Source: an uncultured Methanosarcinales archaeon (lineage in GTDB: Archaea; Nanobdellota; Nanobdellia; Woesearchaeales; GW2011-AR9). Taken from it: 64,000 nucleotides of DNA. Below, piece after piece: positions 51,175 through 60,453 of the stretch. The translations under genes were made by a program, and so were the position numbers. The stretch is taken from positions 410,705-474,704 of the forward strand of contig CAYFJV010000001.1 of the NCBI GenBank assembly GCA_964343575.1. The letters run 5' to 3'. Every line of letters starts with the position of its first letter. Position 1 is the first letter of the stretch. The notes under the pieces are model-generated. The model was not told the origin of the DNA, ran no database searches, and was given only the letters and a program-made list of their open reading frames with translations.

Positions 51175-52209
51175 TTAAAGAAGATTGTGCTTCTCATAAA
51201 ATGCTACTGCCTTTTTAACGGCATCTTCAAAAGAATCTTTTGCTTGCCAGCCAAGCTCCTTTCTTGCTTTGCTTGCATCAAAGTAACGATACTTGTAAGA
51301 AAAGTTAAGTGCGCTAGGGGAAAGTAGCGGCTTTTTCTTGAATTGAAGAAGGAGGTTTTCATAGGCAGTGAGTGTTGGCTTGAGTATTGTGAGTGTCCAT
51401 GCAGGGATCTTCTTGGTAATCTTTGGTTTGTCGAGCACCTTTGCTATGGTGTTGAAAAGTTCTATGTAGCTTAGAGATTCGTTTGCAAAAATGTAATTCT
51501 CTCCCGCCTTGCCTTTTTCCATCACAAGTTGATGCGCGGCAACCACATCATCAACAGATATTACTGAATTTCCCCCAGGTGGGGCTCGGTTCAGTTTTCC
51601 TTCTTTGATCTTTTTTATGGCCTTACCAATGTTCATCATAACATCACCCTGACCAAAGATTGTTGTGGGAGAGATTACCGATACATTCAGTCCTTCTTTT
51701 GCTGCTTTTTGACACTCTTTGATACAAAGATGTTTAGAATACATGTACATGACTTTTTTGTAGTTCTTATAATCAAAAGGAGTTTCTTCATTGAGAGGGC
51801 GTTTTGGGTGTTTTGGGATCCCAATTCCTGCAGTTGATCCCGTGACCACTACCTTCTTGATCTTGTGTTCTTTTGCTGCCTCAAGAATATTCCTGGTCCC
51901 TTGTACATGCACAGCATGCACTTTTTTATCATCAATTTTATTGTAAGAAACAATGCCTGCTACATGATAAACGTGAGTGCAGCCTTGCACTGCTTTTTCT
52001 ATGTATGCTTTGTCAAGAATGTTCCCAAAGCGAACTTCAAGGAGTTTTGGTTCTACTTCATCAAGAAAAGGGTGCCAGGTGTTTGGAAAAACAGAGGCTC
52101 GAACTAAGTGCCCTTTCTTTGCAAGATCTTTAATTAAACTTGCACCAACGCAACCTGAAGCCCCCGTTACAAGAATCCTCTCTCTCTTAGTCTTTCTTTT
52201 TTTTTCCAT
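51175..52209 (-). CDS. NAD-dependent epimerase/dehydratase (extended SDR)
   Basis: VTGASGCVG, YMYSK, DDVVAAH. Confidence 0.9.
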   Translation of the reverse strand: MEKKRKTKRERILVTGASGCVGASLIKDLAKKGHLVRASVFPNTWHPFLDEVEPKLLEVRFGNILDKAYIEKAVQGCTHVYHVAGIVSYNKIDDKKVHAVHVQGTRNILEAAKEHKIKKVVVTGSTAGIGIPKHPKRPLNEETPFDYKNYKKVMYMYSKHLCIKECQKAAKEGLNVSVISPTTIFGQGDVMMNIGKAIKKIKEGKLNRAPPGGNSVISVDDVVAAHQLVMEKGKAGENYIFANESLSYIELFNTIAKVLDKPKITKKIPAWTLTILKPTLTAYENLLLQFKKKPLLSPSALNFSYKYRYFDASKARKELGWQAKDSFEDAVKKAVAFYEKHNLL

Positions 52210-52232
52210 CTTCTTTCAATTCTTTCCTTTTC

Positions 52233-53243
52233 TTAGCTTCTTTTGACTAACTGTTCTTCTCTTAAGTAACTCACTGTATCTTGGATTGTTTGCTCTGCAG
52301 TGTAAGAAAAAGAAAAGCCAAGGTCCCTTATTTTCTGACTACTGTGCTCTCTTCTTTTGAAAGAGAAGAAAACATTTTCTTGAGTGAGTTTTGGCTTTTT
52401 ACTCAATGCTTCATAGAGAAAAGCAACTGTATTGAGAAGAGGGTAGCTTGAAGTAGGGAGTGTTGCTTTTGGAGCAGGGAGGGATAGTTCTCTTGAGATA
52501 TACCAGTTCATCCTCCTGAAGGTTAAGCTAGTGGGAGCTAGAAGATACTTCTCTTCGTTTTCACCTTTACTCATCAAGAAAACAAGGGCCTTGGCAACAT
52601 CACGTACATCCACCAAGGAATTTTTTCCAGGAGGGTTAAAAGGTATTTGTCTTTTTGCAAGAGCATTGACTAGTTTTGGAGCAAGCTTTCTGTCACCCGG
52701 GCCCAAGATGAGCGCGGGATTAACAATAATCTTTGTTAAATGCTTGTTACTATCTGCTAGCACTGCTCGCTCTGCAAGATGTTTTGAGAAAGAATATTTG
52801 TTTCTTCTTGCTTTTTTCTTCCACTTAAAATTAAATTCTTCAGTGATAACTTCTCTTTTTTTAGAATATCCTAGCGCAGCAGTGGAGCTCACATGAATCA
52901 ATTTTTTTACTCCTTTCTCTCGGCAAGCCATAAGCACATTTTTAGTCCCTTGTACATTTGTTTGCATTAATTTTTTCTGGTCTCTCTTTTTGAAGGAAAC
53001 CAAACCTGCTAGGTGAAAAACAAGATCAACGTTTTGAAACATTTCCAGAACGAGTGAATAATTGCTTAAATCCATGCCATAGTGCACAGTAACTCTTGGC
53101 ATCTTTTCTATGTCAATGTAGTACTTCTCTGGGCGCGTTCTTCCAAGAGCTATGATCTGGTGTGCTTCTTTCTCTTGGAGGAGTTGTTTTATGAGCTGCT
53201 GACCCAAAAAACCATTCCCCCCAGTTACTAGGATTCTTGCCAC
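52233..53243 (-). CDS. NAD-dependent epimerase/dehydratase (extended SDR), paralog
   Basis: VTGGNGFLG, HVSS, YSFSK, VDVRDVA. Confidence 0.9.
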   Translation of the reverse strand: MARILVTGGNGFLGQQLIKQLLQEKEAHQIIALGRTRPEKYYIDIEKMPRVTVHYGMDLSNYSLVLEMFQNVDLVFHLAGLVSFKKRDQKKLMQTNVQGTKNVLMACREKGVKKLIHVSSTAALGYSKKREVITEEFNFKWKKKARRNKYSFSKHLAERAVLADSNKHLTKIIVNPALILGPGDRKLAPKLVNALAKRQIPFNPPGKNSLVDVRDVAKALVFLMSKGENEEKYLLAPTSLTFRRMNWYISRELSLPAPKATLPTSSYPLLNTVAFLYEALSKKPKLTQENVFFSFKRREHSSQKIRDLGFSFSYTAEQTIQDTVSYLREEQLVKRS

Positions 53244-53335
53244 AGCCGTGTAGCAAAATTAAGGATTTAAAAGGTTATTGAAGGTAGTAAAGATATTTAA
53301 AGGTGAAAAATGTTCTCTTAGCAGAGCGTGTTAAG

Positions 53336-53962
53336 ATGTCAGCTAAAAAAGGGGCAAGAAAAAAGGCTAAATTAGGGGGCAAACCAAGGATCTCTTGCAA
53401 AGAGAAGGGAGAAGAAGAACCTTTACTTCACAAAATAGAACGCATTAATTCTCGTATTTTGCCTTACGCACTTATCTTATTGGCTTTGCTGATTTTTATT
53501 GAACTGATCTTAAGTATTGAGAACGAATGGATTCATTTGCTCTTTATTGTCGTTGACTACTTTGTGATTGCCGTTTTTGTCCTTGATCTTTACTTTATTG
53601 CCCGGCACTGTAAAAGTAGAAAGTACTTTTTCAAGAATTATTGGTTAGATATTCTGGCGGTCTTTCCTTTCTTCTTAGCTTTTCGCTTCTTTGATGAAAC
53701 TTACAAGATTTTAAGCACCGTGAGCAGAGGCCTTGAAGAACAACAAGTACTCACAGAAGGAGCAAAGTTACGTAGAGGGATCATGGTGAGTTCTCGGGCT
53801 AGTCGTTTTGCCAGGTTAGGAAGACTTGCAGCCAGATCTTTGCGTTTATTTAGCAAAGGAAGTTCTTTGAAGAAAAACAAACACAGAAGAAAACTTGGAA
53901 GAAGGAGAGTTGGAAAAGGAGTTAAGAAAGGTGTAGAGCAAAAACGAGTGGAGCTTAGTTAA
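53336..53962 (+). CDS. Stand-alone voltage-sensor-like (S1-S4) protein
   Basis: S2 D..VIAVFVLD, YFFKNYWLDILAVFP S3, Arg-periodic S4; no pore helices. Confidence 0.7.
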   Translation: MSAKKGARKKAKLGGKPRISCKEKGEEEPLLHKIERINSRILPYALILLALLIFIELILSIENEWIHLLFIVVDYFVIAVFVLDLYFIARHCKSRKYFFKNYWLDILAVFPFFLAFRFFDETYKILSTVSRGLEEQQVLTEGAKLRRGIMVSSRASRFARLGRLAARSLRLFSKGSSLKKNKHRRKLGRRRVGKGVKKGVEQKRVELS

Positions 53963-53981
53963 CCAGGTTGTGGAGTTGTGC

Positions 53982-56150
53982 TTAACGTCTCTTTCCTCGA
54001 ATAATAAGATAAGTCCAAAAGAGGCTTCTTTTTTTGCTAATCTCTACATCGAATCCTGCTTTCTTGAAGACATTTTTGAGCTGCGCCTTACTTTCTATCC
54101 AAGTTACATTAGAAATAAAATAGAAAAATTTGTCGTAGTCAACAAAGACAACTTCTGCACCCTTTTTTACCCTCTTTGCGAGACCAGAGAGGATTGCTTT
54201 TGGATCTTGCATGGAAGAGAGCATGCCAACAGAAAGCACAAAGTCAAAACTTTCTTTTCTCTTGAGAGAGAAGCTTTTAAGATCTGGATGATGATGCACA
54301 AAAACGTGGGTAAGGTGCTTGGTTCTTCGATCTGTGGTGTTCACATTATGGAGGGCAAGATCTGTTGCAATCACTTTTCCTTTTGGTCCGACAATTTTTG
54401 CTAAGGGACGCGTTAGTGATCCGATGCTACACCCATATTCAAGGATCGTTTTTTTCTTTAGCTTCTTGGCTGTGAGTTCTTTGAAAATTCTTTTTCGAAT
54501 ACTAAAAGGAAAATGAATTTTTTCAGTTGCCAATACAAAATAAGAGAAAAACTCGTTAACTTTTATGATTGCTTTTGGATCGTAATAGACCTCTATCATA
54601 AAGTAGAGTGGGAGACCTAAGATGACAAAAGAGGCAGCAAGGTTGATGATAGAAAAGGCAATACTTCCTTCAATAAGGATCCAATTGATGATAAGGAAAA
54701 GAAAAAAGGAAGTGATGATTACTGGGCCAGCAGTCGGGAAGGGGGCTCTAAAATGTCTTGGGGCATACTTCTCTTTTCTTCGCAGGAGTGGAACTGCAAA
54801 AAGGATGAGGGAAAGTGCAAATAAGGCAAGGAGTACGTAGATGAGGTAGGCTGTACGATAAGGATCTCCCCATTGCACAAGGTAGCCTCGAAAGATAAGC
54901 CAGGTGAAGAGAGAGATGAAAAGAGTTTGGAAAAGTACCGCCCTGGTAGGTGAGCGATGTTTAGGGTGCACTTTTGCAAAAGATTTGAGAAAGAGTCCAT
55001 CTTTTGCCATTGCTTGAATCAATCTTGAACTTGTAATTGGCCAGGCAGCAGCCGCTCCGATGATAACAAGATACATACCAAAGACAACTATTTCTTGACC
55101 TAAGGCACCCATGGTATTAAAGGCCTGCACTGCAAAAGGTCTTGCATTATTGACGTAATCAGTGAAAGGAACAGTTCCCAGTGATCCCAAAATGTAAACA
55201 GTCATAATGGCCCCACAAATAGCCATCGCTTGAAAAAGCACCTTGTGCAATTTTCTGGGTTCTCTTGCCTCATTTCCAAGATAAGTAATAGTATCAAAAC
55301 CAAAGAAAGCTTCGAGAATAAGAAGCACAGAGAGAAAAAAGTAAGAAAAGATCCCTAAACCTTCCCACTGAAAGAAAGGATGAAGAAATTCTGAATTGAA
55401 AGGACTGGTGAATGTCCCTTGTAATGCTGCAGGGATATTAATGAAAGCAGGAATGGTCATAAGTGAAACAACGATGAGGCTGAGTGCTCCAAAGGCAACC
55501 AACATCGTAACACCAGCATCAATTCCCCTGTAAGCCATGAAATTAAGAGCGATGATCCAAATGATACTGAATATTATTTGCGTGATAAACACAGCTTTGC
55601 TGGTTCCTGGGATAAAATACTGCGCAGCTGCAACAATATTGAGCGCCATGCCCAAGTTTCCAGCAAGCCAAAGTAGCCATCCTGCCATGAAAGCTGGAAA
55701 GCGTCCGTAAGCTCGTTTACAAAAAGCGTAAGTTCCCCCAGAGCTTGGATGAAGTACTAAAAGCTCTCCGATATAAAGCATGATAAAGGAAGCAAAGGTA
55801 AAAACAAATATCCAAGCCAAAATGCTTGCACTACCTGAACTACTTACTCCTAAGCCGGGGAGGTAGAATAAAGAGCTTCCTAAGATTGCGTTTATAAGAA
55901 TAAAAAGGAGTACGCCATGGCCCAGCTTTCTCTTAGCGGTGCTTTGATGAATTTCGTGATTAACATGACGTGTTGTTTTTTGGTGGGTAATTTTCTTGGA
56001 AGTCTTGGGAGTTGGTTTAGAAGTTGACTTAGAAGAGGCTCGCGCTCTTTTTGCTGCTTTTGCTCTTGTTGTCCTCTTTTTTTTCTTAGGATCTGTGATT
56101 AAGTACTCCCAAAAACTTTTTAATCCCACCTTTGTTCCTCTTGAAAACAA
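53982..56150 (-). CDS. APC-family permease fused to a class I SAM methyltransferase-like domain
   Basis: LGSSLF, SSGGTY, GFD..TYLGNEA, SRLIQAMAKDG; C-terminal ILEYGCSIG, GKVIATD, FDFV; start uncertain. Confidence 0.85.
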   Translation of the reverse strand: MFSRGTKVGLKSFWEYLITDPKKKKRTTRAKAAKRARASSKSTSKPTPKTSKKITHQKTTRHVNHEIHQSTAKRKLGHGVLLFILINAILGSSLFYLPGLGVSSSGSASILAWIFVFTFASFIMLYIGELLVLHPSSGGTYAFCKRAYGRFPAFMAGWLLWLAGNLGMALNIVAAAQYFIPGTSKAVFITQIIFSIIWIIALNFMAYRGIDAGVTMLVAFGALSLIVVSLMTIPAFINIPAALQGTFTSPFNSEFLHPFFQWEGLGIFSYFFLSVLLILEAFFGFDTITYLGNEAREPRKLHKVLFQAMAICGAIMTVYILGSLGTVPFTDYVNNARPFAVQAFNTMGALGQEIVVFGMYLVIIGAAAAWPITSSRLIQAMAKDGLFLKSFAKVHPKHRSPTRAVLFQTLFISLFTWLIFRGYLVQWGDPYRTAYLIYVLLALFALSLILFAVPLLRRKEKYAPRHFRAPFPTAGPVIITSFFLFLIINWILIEGSIAFSIINLAASFVILGLPLYFMIEVYYDPKAIIKVNEFFSYFVLATEKIHFPFSIRKRIFKELTAKKLKKKTILEYGCSIGSLTRPLAKIVGPKGKVIATDLALHNVNTTDRRTKHLTHVFVHHHPDLKSFSLKRKESFDFVLSVGMLSSMQDPKAILSGLAKRVKKGAEVVFVDYDKFFYFISNVTWIESKAQLKNVFKKAGFDVEISKKRSLFWTYLIIRGKRR

Positions 56151-56236
56151 AGATTTGAAGCTATATAAATGTGCTGTATGCTCTACTTTATTGTAGCGTG
56201 GAAGAATCTTCGTTTAAGAGAAAAGGTGAAAAAAAG

Positions 56237-56587
56237 ATGGTATTTTTGCATATGTATCAAAACCCAGGATGGTTTTTTGGAGTTCTTGTTTTAGTAAGTT
56301 TGTGGAGTTTAGTTTGGAAAGGTATTGCTTTGTGGAAAGCTGCTGGAAGAAAAGAGCTTGGATGGTTTATTGTTCTTCTTGTCTTGAACACCGCAGGAAT
56401 CTTACCAATCATTTACTTGCTTATCAAGATGGATAGTCCAGTTAAGAGGGGAAATTCTTCTCGATCTGTGCGAGCAAGTAGTGTGGTAAAGAAAAGTCCT
56501 AAGAAAGCTGCGGGGAAAAAAGCAACCAGAGCTGGTAAAAGAAAAGTTGCTAAGAAAACAGCTAAGCGTGGGAGAAAGAAGAAGTAA
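56237..56587 (+). CDS. DUF5652-like small membrane protein with basic tail
   Basis: WSLVWKGIALWKAA..WF..LNTAGILPIIY. Confidence 0.8.
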   Translation: MVFLHMYQNPGWFFGVLVLVSLWSLVWKGIALWKAAGRKELGWFIVLLVLNTAGILPIIYLLIKMDSPVKRGNSSRSVRASSVVKKSPKKAAGKKATRAGKRKVAKKTAKRGRKKK

Positions 56588-56844
56588 TTTTTCTTTTTTG
56601 ATTATTCTTTCTTAGTTGTTCTTTTATCTTTTTTTATCTTATTATTTGATTATTTATGTTCTTGACCTTATTCTTGTCTAACTATATCTTTATTAATGAA
56701 ATTTATCGCGATTTCTTTGGGGAAAAGTGATGGATGTCACTACCGTGCTTCTATCCTTTGGGGTAGAAGCACACTTTTCTAAGATGTTTTGAGAATTTTT
56801 TCTAGTCCAGAACTGAAAGAGAATAAAGAAAATAAAGAAGATTT

Positions 56845-57873
56845 CTAAAGATCTACCTGGCGACTATAGCCACCAACTGCATTTCTAAAATAAGGTGCAG
56901 GAACCAAAAGACCAGAATCTTCTCTTACAACCCAAGGGCTTACATCATTAAGGAAAAAATCTTCTATCTTTGCTGCAATTGCTGGATCGCTTACAACATC
57001 TTCTATCTTTCCCCCACTTACTAGGGCTTGATACGCAGCCATGGTCTCTTCCTCAAAGGGCTTTTCGAAACAATGAGAACATACTGGAACGTATACTATG
57101 TCTCCATCCTGGACCCCACCATTTCCTTCTATTCTGATAGTCTTATCAAAGAAGGGTGCAGCAAGCTTACCTTGTGGAACATAAACTAAATCTTTAGTCT
57201 CATAACCAAAGTCTTGACCAAGGTGACCTTCCAAACCCATCTCGGCAGCGAAACGTCTTGACCACAACCTTTGTGAATGCCTTGCAGAACGATCACACTC
57301 TCTTCCCTGAGAACTCACTGCCATACAAATTGGGTTTACCTGGTAGCGAATTACTCCCCCCCTTCGAAGCACAGAATCCATTTGGCCAAACTCCATCCCC
57401 CTAAAGTCTTCGGAAAGCCCTGCCGCGTAGAGAACCATATTTTCCTCCCTACAATATTCAATTAAGCCAACAAGTTTACTTGCCTCTCCGCCAGTTAAGG
57501 CAAAGAGGTTTGCTTCATCAATACCAATTACATCTAATGGAAGTCCTTGAATGTGAGTTATTCCTCTCAACTTAATCCTCTTTCTTCCATGTAAACCAAC
57601 AAATTTAGCTAGTTCTGATCTTCTCCATTTAAGATCTTCAACTAGCTCATCTACGCCGCCAACAGCTACTGCTGGATGAACAGTTACTCCGTTCACAGCG
57701 ATTCCTTCGTCACGGTGGTTTGTAGAATGATTATAAGCAACACAGTTCATACGAGCGAAGGGTGCTCTCTTCAAACAGAGAACTAAGTATTCTGACTTAC
57801 CGCCATTCATACAAGAAAGAAAAGCAAAAGCCAAACCTTTGTGGCTCTGTGGAGAAAAACTAGTTATGTTCAT
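56845..57873 (-). CDS. Divergent thymidine kinase-like protein
   Basis: SCMNGGKS P-loop, IGIDEA, AAGL..DFRG.EFG, YVPVCSHCF. Confidence 0.7.
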   Translation of the reverse strand: MNITSFSPQSHKGLAFAFLSCMNGGKSEYLVLCLKRAPFARMNCVAYNHSTNHRDEGIAVNGVTVHPAVAVGGVDELVEDLKWRRSELAKFVGLHGRKRIKLRGITHIQGLPLDVIGIDEANLFALTGGEASKLVGLIEYCREENMVLYAAGLSEDFRGMEFGQMDSVLRRGGVIRYQVNPICMAVSSQGRECDRSARHSQRLWSRRFAAEMGLEGHLGQDFGYETKDLVYVPQGKLAAPFFDKTIRIEGNGGVQDGDIVYVPVCSHCFEKPFEEETMAAYQALVSGGKIEDVVSDPAIAAKIEDFFLNDVSPWVVREDSGLLVPAPYFRNAVGGYSRQVDL

Positions 57874-57985
57874 TCAGTACTTTGGAGATCTAAAAATTGT
57901 TAATAAAACTTCCTCTTGCCTGGAAACTATATCCCAGAAAAGAAATAGCTATAAAAGAGAGAATATTCTTTCTCAATTCTCTCCA

Positions 57986-60427
57986 ATGCTTCTTCAACAA
58001 TTAAGTCTTGAAAATATTCGTTCTTACGAGAAAGAAACTGTTATTTTTCCAGAAGGAAGTACTTTACTTTCTGGAGACATTGGGAGCGGAAAATCCTCCC
58101 TTTTACTTGCCATTGAGTTCGCACTCTTTGGAAGTTCTCGAAGCAACCTGAGCGCAGAAGCTTTGCTTCGTAAAGGAAGCACAAAAGCCCAAGTTGAGCT
58201 GCACTTTCTTCTTGCAGAAAAAGAAGTTGTTGTGCGCAGAGGACTCAAAAAGACAGCTCGTGGCATTCAACAAACTGCAGGAGAAGTTGTGGTCAATGGC
58301 GTTAAGAAAGAATTAACTCCAGTTGAAATCAAAGCTGAACTTCTCTCTTTACTCGGTTATCCAGAAGAACTGGTGAGCAAGGGCAAGAATTATTTGTTCC
58401 GTTATACCGTTTACTGTCCTCAAGAAGAGATGAAATTAATTCTGCAAGAAAATGCAGAACAACGCTTGGAGATTTTACGTAAGATATTCAACATCGATAA
58501 GTACAGCATTGTTCGAGAAAACCTGTACCCTTATCTTCGTGAGATCAGAAAAGAGTTGACTGTGCTTGAGACAAAGGTTGAACCGATCCAAAGCTTGCAG
58601 GAAAAAATTTCTATATTGCAAAAAGAAAGAGAAGCATTGAGAGTGGGTTTAGAGCAGCTCTCTCTTAAGAAGAAGCCAGTAGAGGAGAGAAGAGAGAGAG
58701 TTAAGAAAAAACTTCTTGTTTTGGAAGAAAAAGAGAAAAAGAAAGTTGTGCTTGAAAACGAAATCAAGCAGAGCAGTAGTCTACTCAAAGAACTTTCTTC
58801 TCAGGAAACCTCTCTCTCAGAGAAACAAAAGGGTCTGATGCTTTTTTTGAATGAGCTTCTTCTCTCAGAAGAACTGAGTAAAGAAGGAGTACTTTTGGAA
58901 GTAAAAGACTTAGAAGAGAAAAAAGAGGGTTTTTTGCGAAGGAGAATGGAGCTTGAAAAGCAGATCTCCCTTTGCCAAGAAAGGATTTCCTTCCTGCAAG
59001 GAGAACTTAAAGAACAAAACTTCTCAAAAGAACAAGTAGAACTCTTGAAAAGGAGAATAAAGGAGCAGGAGGGTGCGCTCTTGGGAAGAGAAGAACTGGA
59101 AAAAGAGCTTGAACGGCTCTTGAACTTGGAAAGAGAGAATAGTGAGTTCTTTCAGAAAACAAAAACTCTTTTGGAGGCATCTTCTCAGCTATTGGAGAGA
59201 ATTCTTCACTTAGACCAATGTCCAACTTGCCTTCAAGAGGTTGATTCTTTGTACAAAGAAGGGATTAGGAAACGCGAAGGAGAGCGTTCTTCTGAGTTAG
59301 GCAAAGAGTTAGAGCAGTTGGAGAGCCAGAGGAGGGAGATTCTTTCCAAGAAGGAAGGGACAAGCAAGAAAAAGAAAAATTTAGAGGAGATAGAGAAAGC
59401 ATCCTTGAAGTATGGCATGGAGTTGCGATCGCTCCAAGAGAAAGAGCAAAGAGCTCTTGATCTTCGCAGAGCTCTCCAGGAAGAGGCAAAGAAAAATAAT
59501 GTTCTGGTGAGGTCTCTAGAAGAATTTTTGAGGGATTCTTCTTTGCAGCTAGAGAGGATTAATCTTCGTCTTTCACAATTGGAGAGTCTTCGTGATAAGG
59601 TACTGAGAAAGGAGGAGAAAGAGAAGGATTTGAAGAATTGTGAGGCAGAGTTGCAAGGAGTTTTGGTCAGAAAAAAAGAGCTGCTTCTTAAGGAAGAAGA
59701 GATGAAAGGGAAGCTTAAAGTTTTGATGGAAGAATCTCTCGCTTTTGGTTCTGGTAGTGAGGGAGGTCGGATTGAAGACTTGAGAAAAGAATTAGAACTT
59801 GTTGTAGAAGAAGAGAAAACTCTTTCTTTGGAAGAAGCTAGGATGAAAACCAGCTCTTTTCACTTTCAAGAACAAGAAGTTGCTTTGAAAAAAGAGCTCT
59901 CCTTGCTCTTTGACCTGGAGAAAAATTTGCTGCAGAGAAAAGAAATGTATTCTTGGCTCAATGATTTCTTTTTGCAATTGACCTACACTATAGAGAAAGA
60001 GTTGATGCTGCGTATCTATCATCATTTTAATCAGCTGTTCCAGGAATGGTTTTCTTTGCTTGTTGAAGATAATCAGTTATACGCTCGTTTGGATGAACAG
60101 TTCACACCTGTTGTTGAGCAAGCTGGGCACAGTATTTCTTTTGCTCATTTGAGCGGAGGAGAGCGCACGGCAGTTTCTCTTGCCTATCGCCTTGCTCTAA
60201 ATAAAGTAATTAATGATGTGGTTGGAGAGATTCAGACCAAAGACTTGTTAATACTTGATGAGCCAACTGATGGTTTTAGCTCTGAGCAACTTGAGAAGAT
60301 GCATGATCTTATTGATCATTTGGGCTTGGCGCAGATACTTATTGTGAGTCATGAGCCTAAAGTGGAGAGTTTTGTAGATAATGTAGTTCGTGTTGTGAAA
60401 GAAGAGAGTGGAAGTCGGGTTGTTTGA
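57986..60427 (+). CDS. rad50: Rad50/SbcC-type SMC ATPase
   Basis: GDIGSGKS, coiled coil with CPTC zinc hook, LSGGE, LDEPT, SH. Confidence 0.9.
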   Translation: MLLQQLSLENIRSYEKETVIFPEGSTLLSGDIGSGKSSLLLAIEFALFGSSRSNLSAEALLRKGSTKAQVELHFLLAEKEVVVRRGLKKTARGIQQTAGEVVVNGVKKELTPVEIKAELLSLLGYPEELVSKGKNYLFRYTVYCPQEEMKLILQENAEQRLEILRKIFNIDKYSIVRENLYPYLREIRKELTVLETKVEPIQSLQEKISILQKEREALRVGLEQLSLKKKPVEERRERVKKKLLVLEEKEKKKVVLENEIKQSSSLLKELSSQETSLSEKQKGLMLFLNELLLSEELSKEGVLLEVKDLEEKKEGFLRRRMELEKQISLCQERISFLQGELKEQNFSKEQVELLKRRIKEQEGALLGREELEKELERLLNLERENSEFFQKTKTLLEASSQLLERILHLDQCPTCLQEVDSLYKEGIRKREGERSSELGKELEQLESQRREILSKKEGTSKKKKNLEEIEKASLKYGMELRSLQEKEQRALDLRRALQEEAKKNNVLVRSLEEFLRDSSLQLERINLRLSQLESLRDKVLRKEEKEKDLKNCEAELQGVLVRKKELLLKEEEMKGKLKVLMEESLAFGSGSEGGRIEDLRKELELVVEEEKTLSLEEARMKTSSFHFQEQEVALKKELSLLFDLEKNLLQRKEMYSWLNDFFLQLTYTIEKELMLRIYHHFNQLFQEWFSLLVEDNQLYARLDEQFTPVVEQAGHSISFAHLSGGERTAVSLAYRLALNKVINDVVGEIQTKDLLILDEPTDGFSSEQLEKMHDLIDHLGLAQILIVSHEPKVESFVDNVVRVVKEESGSRVV

Positions 60428-60453
60428 TTTATTTCGCTGATTTATTGTACCGC

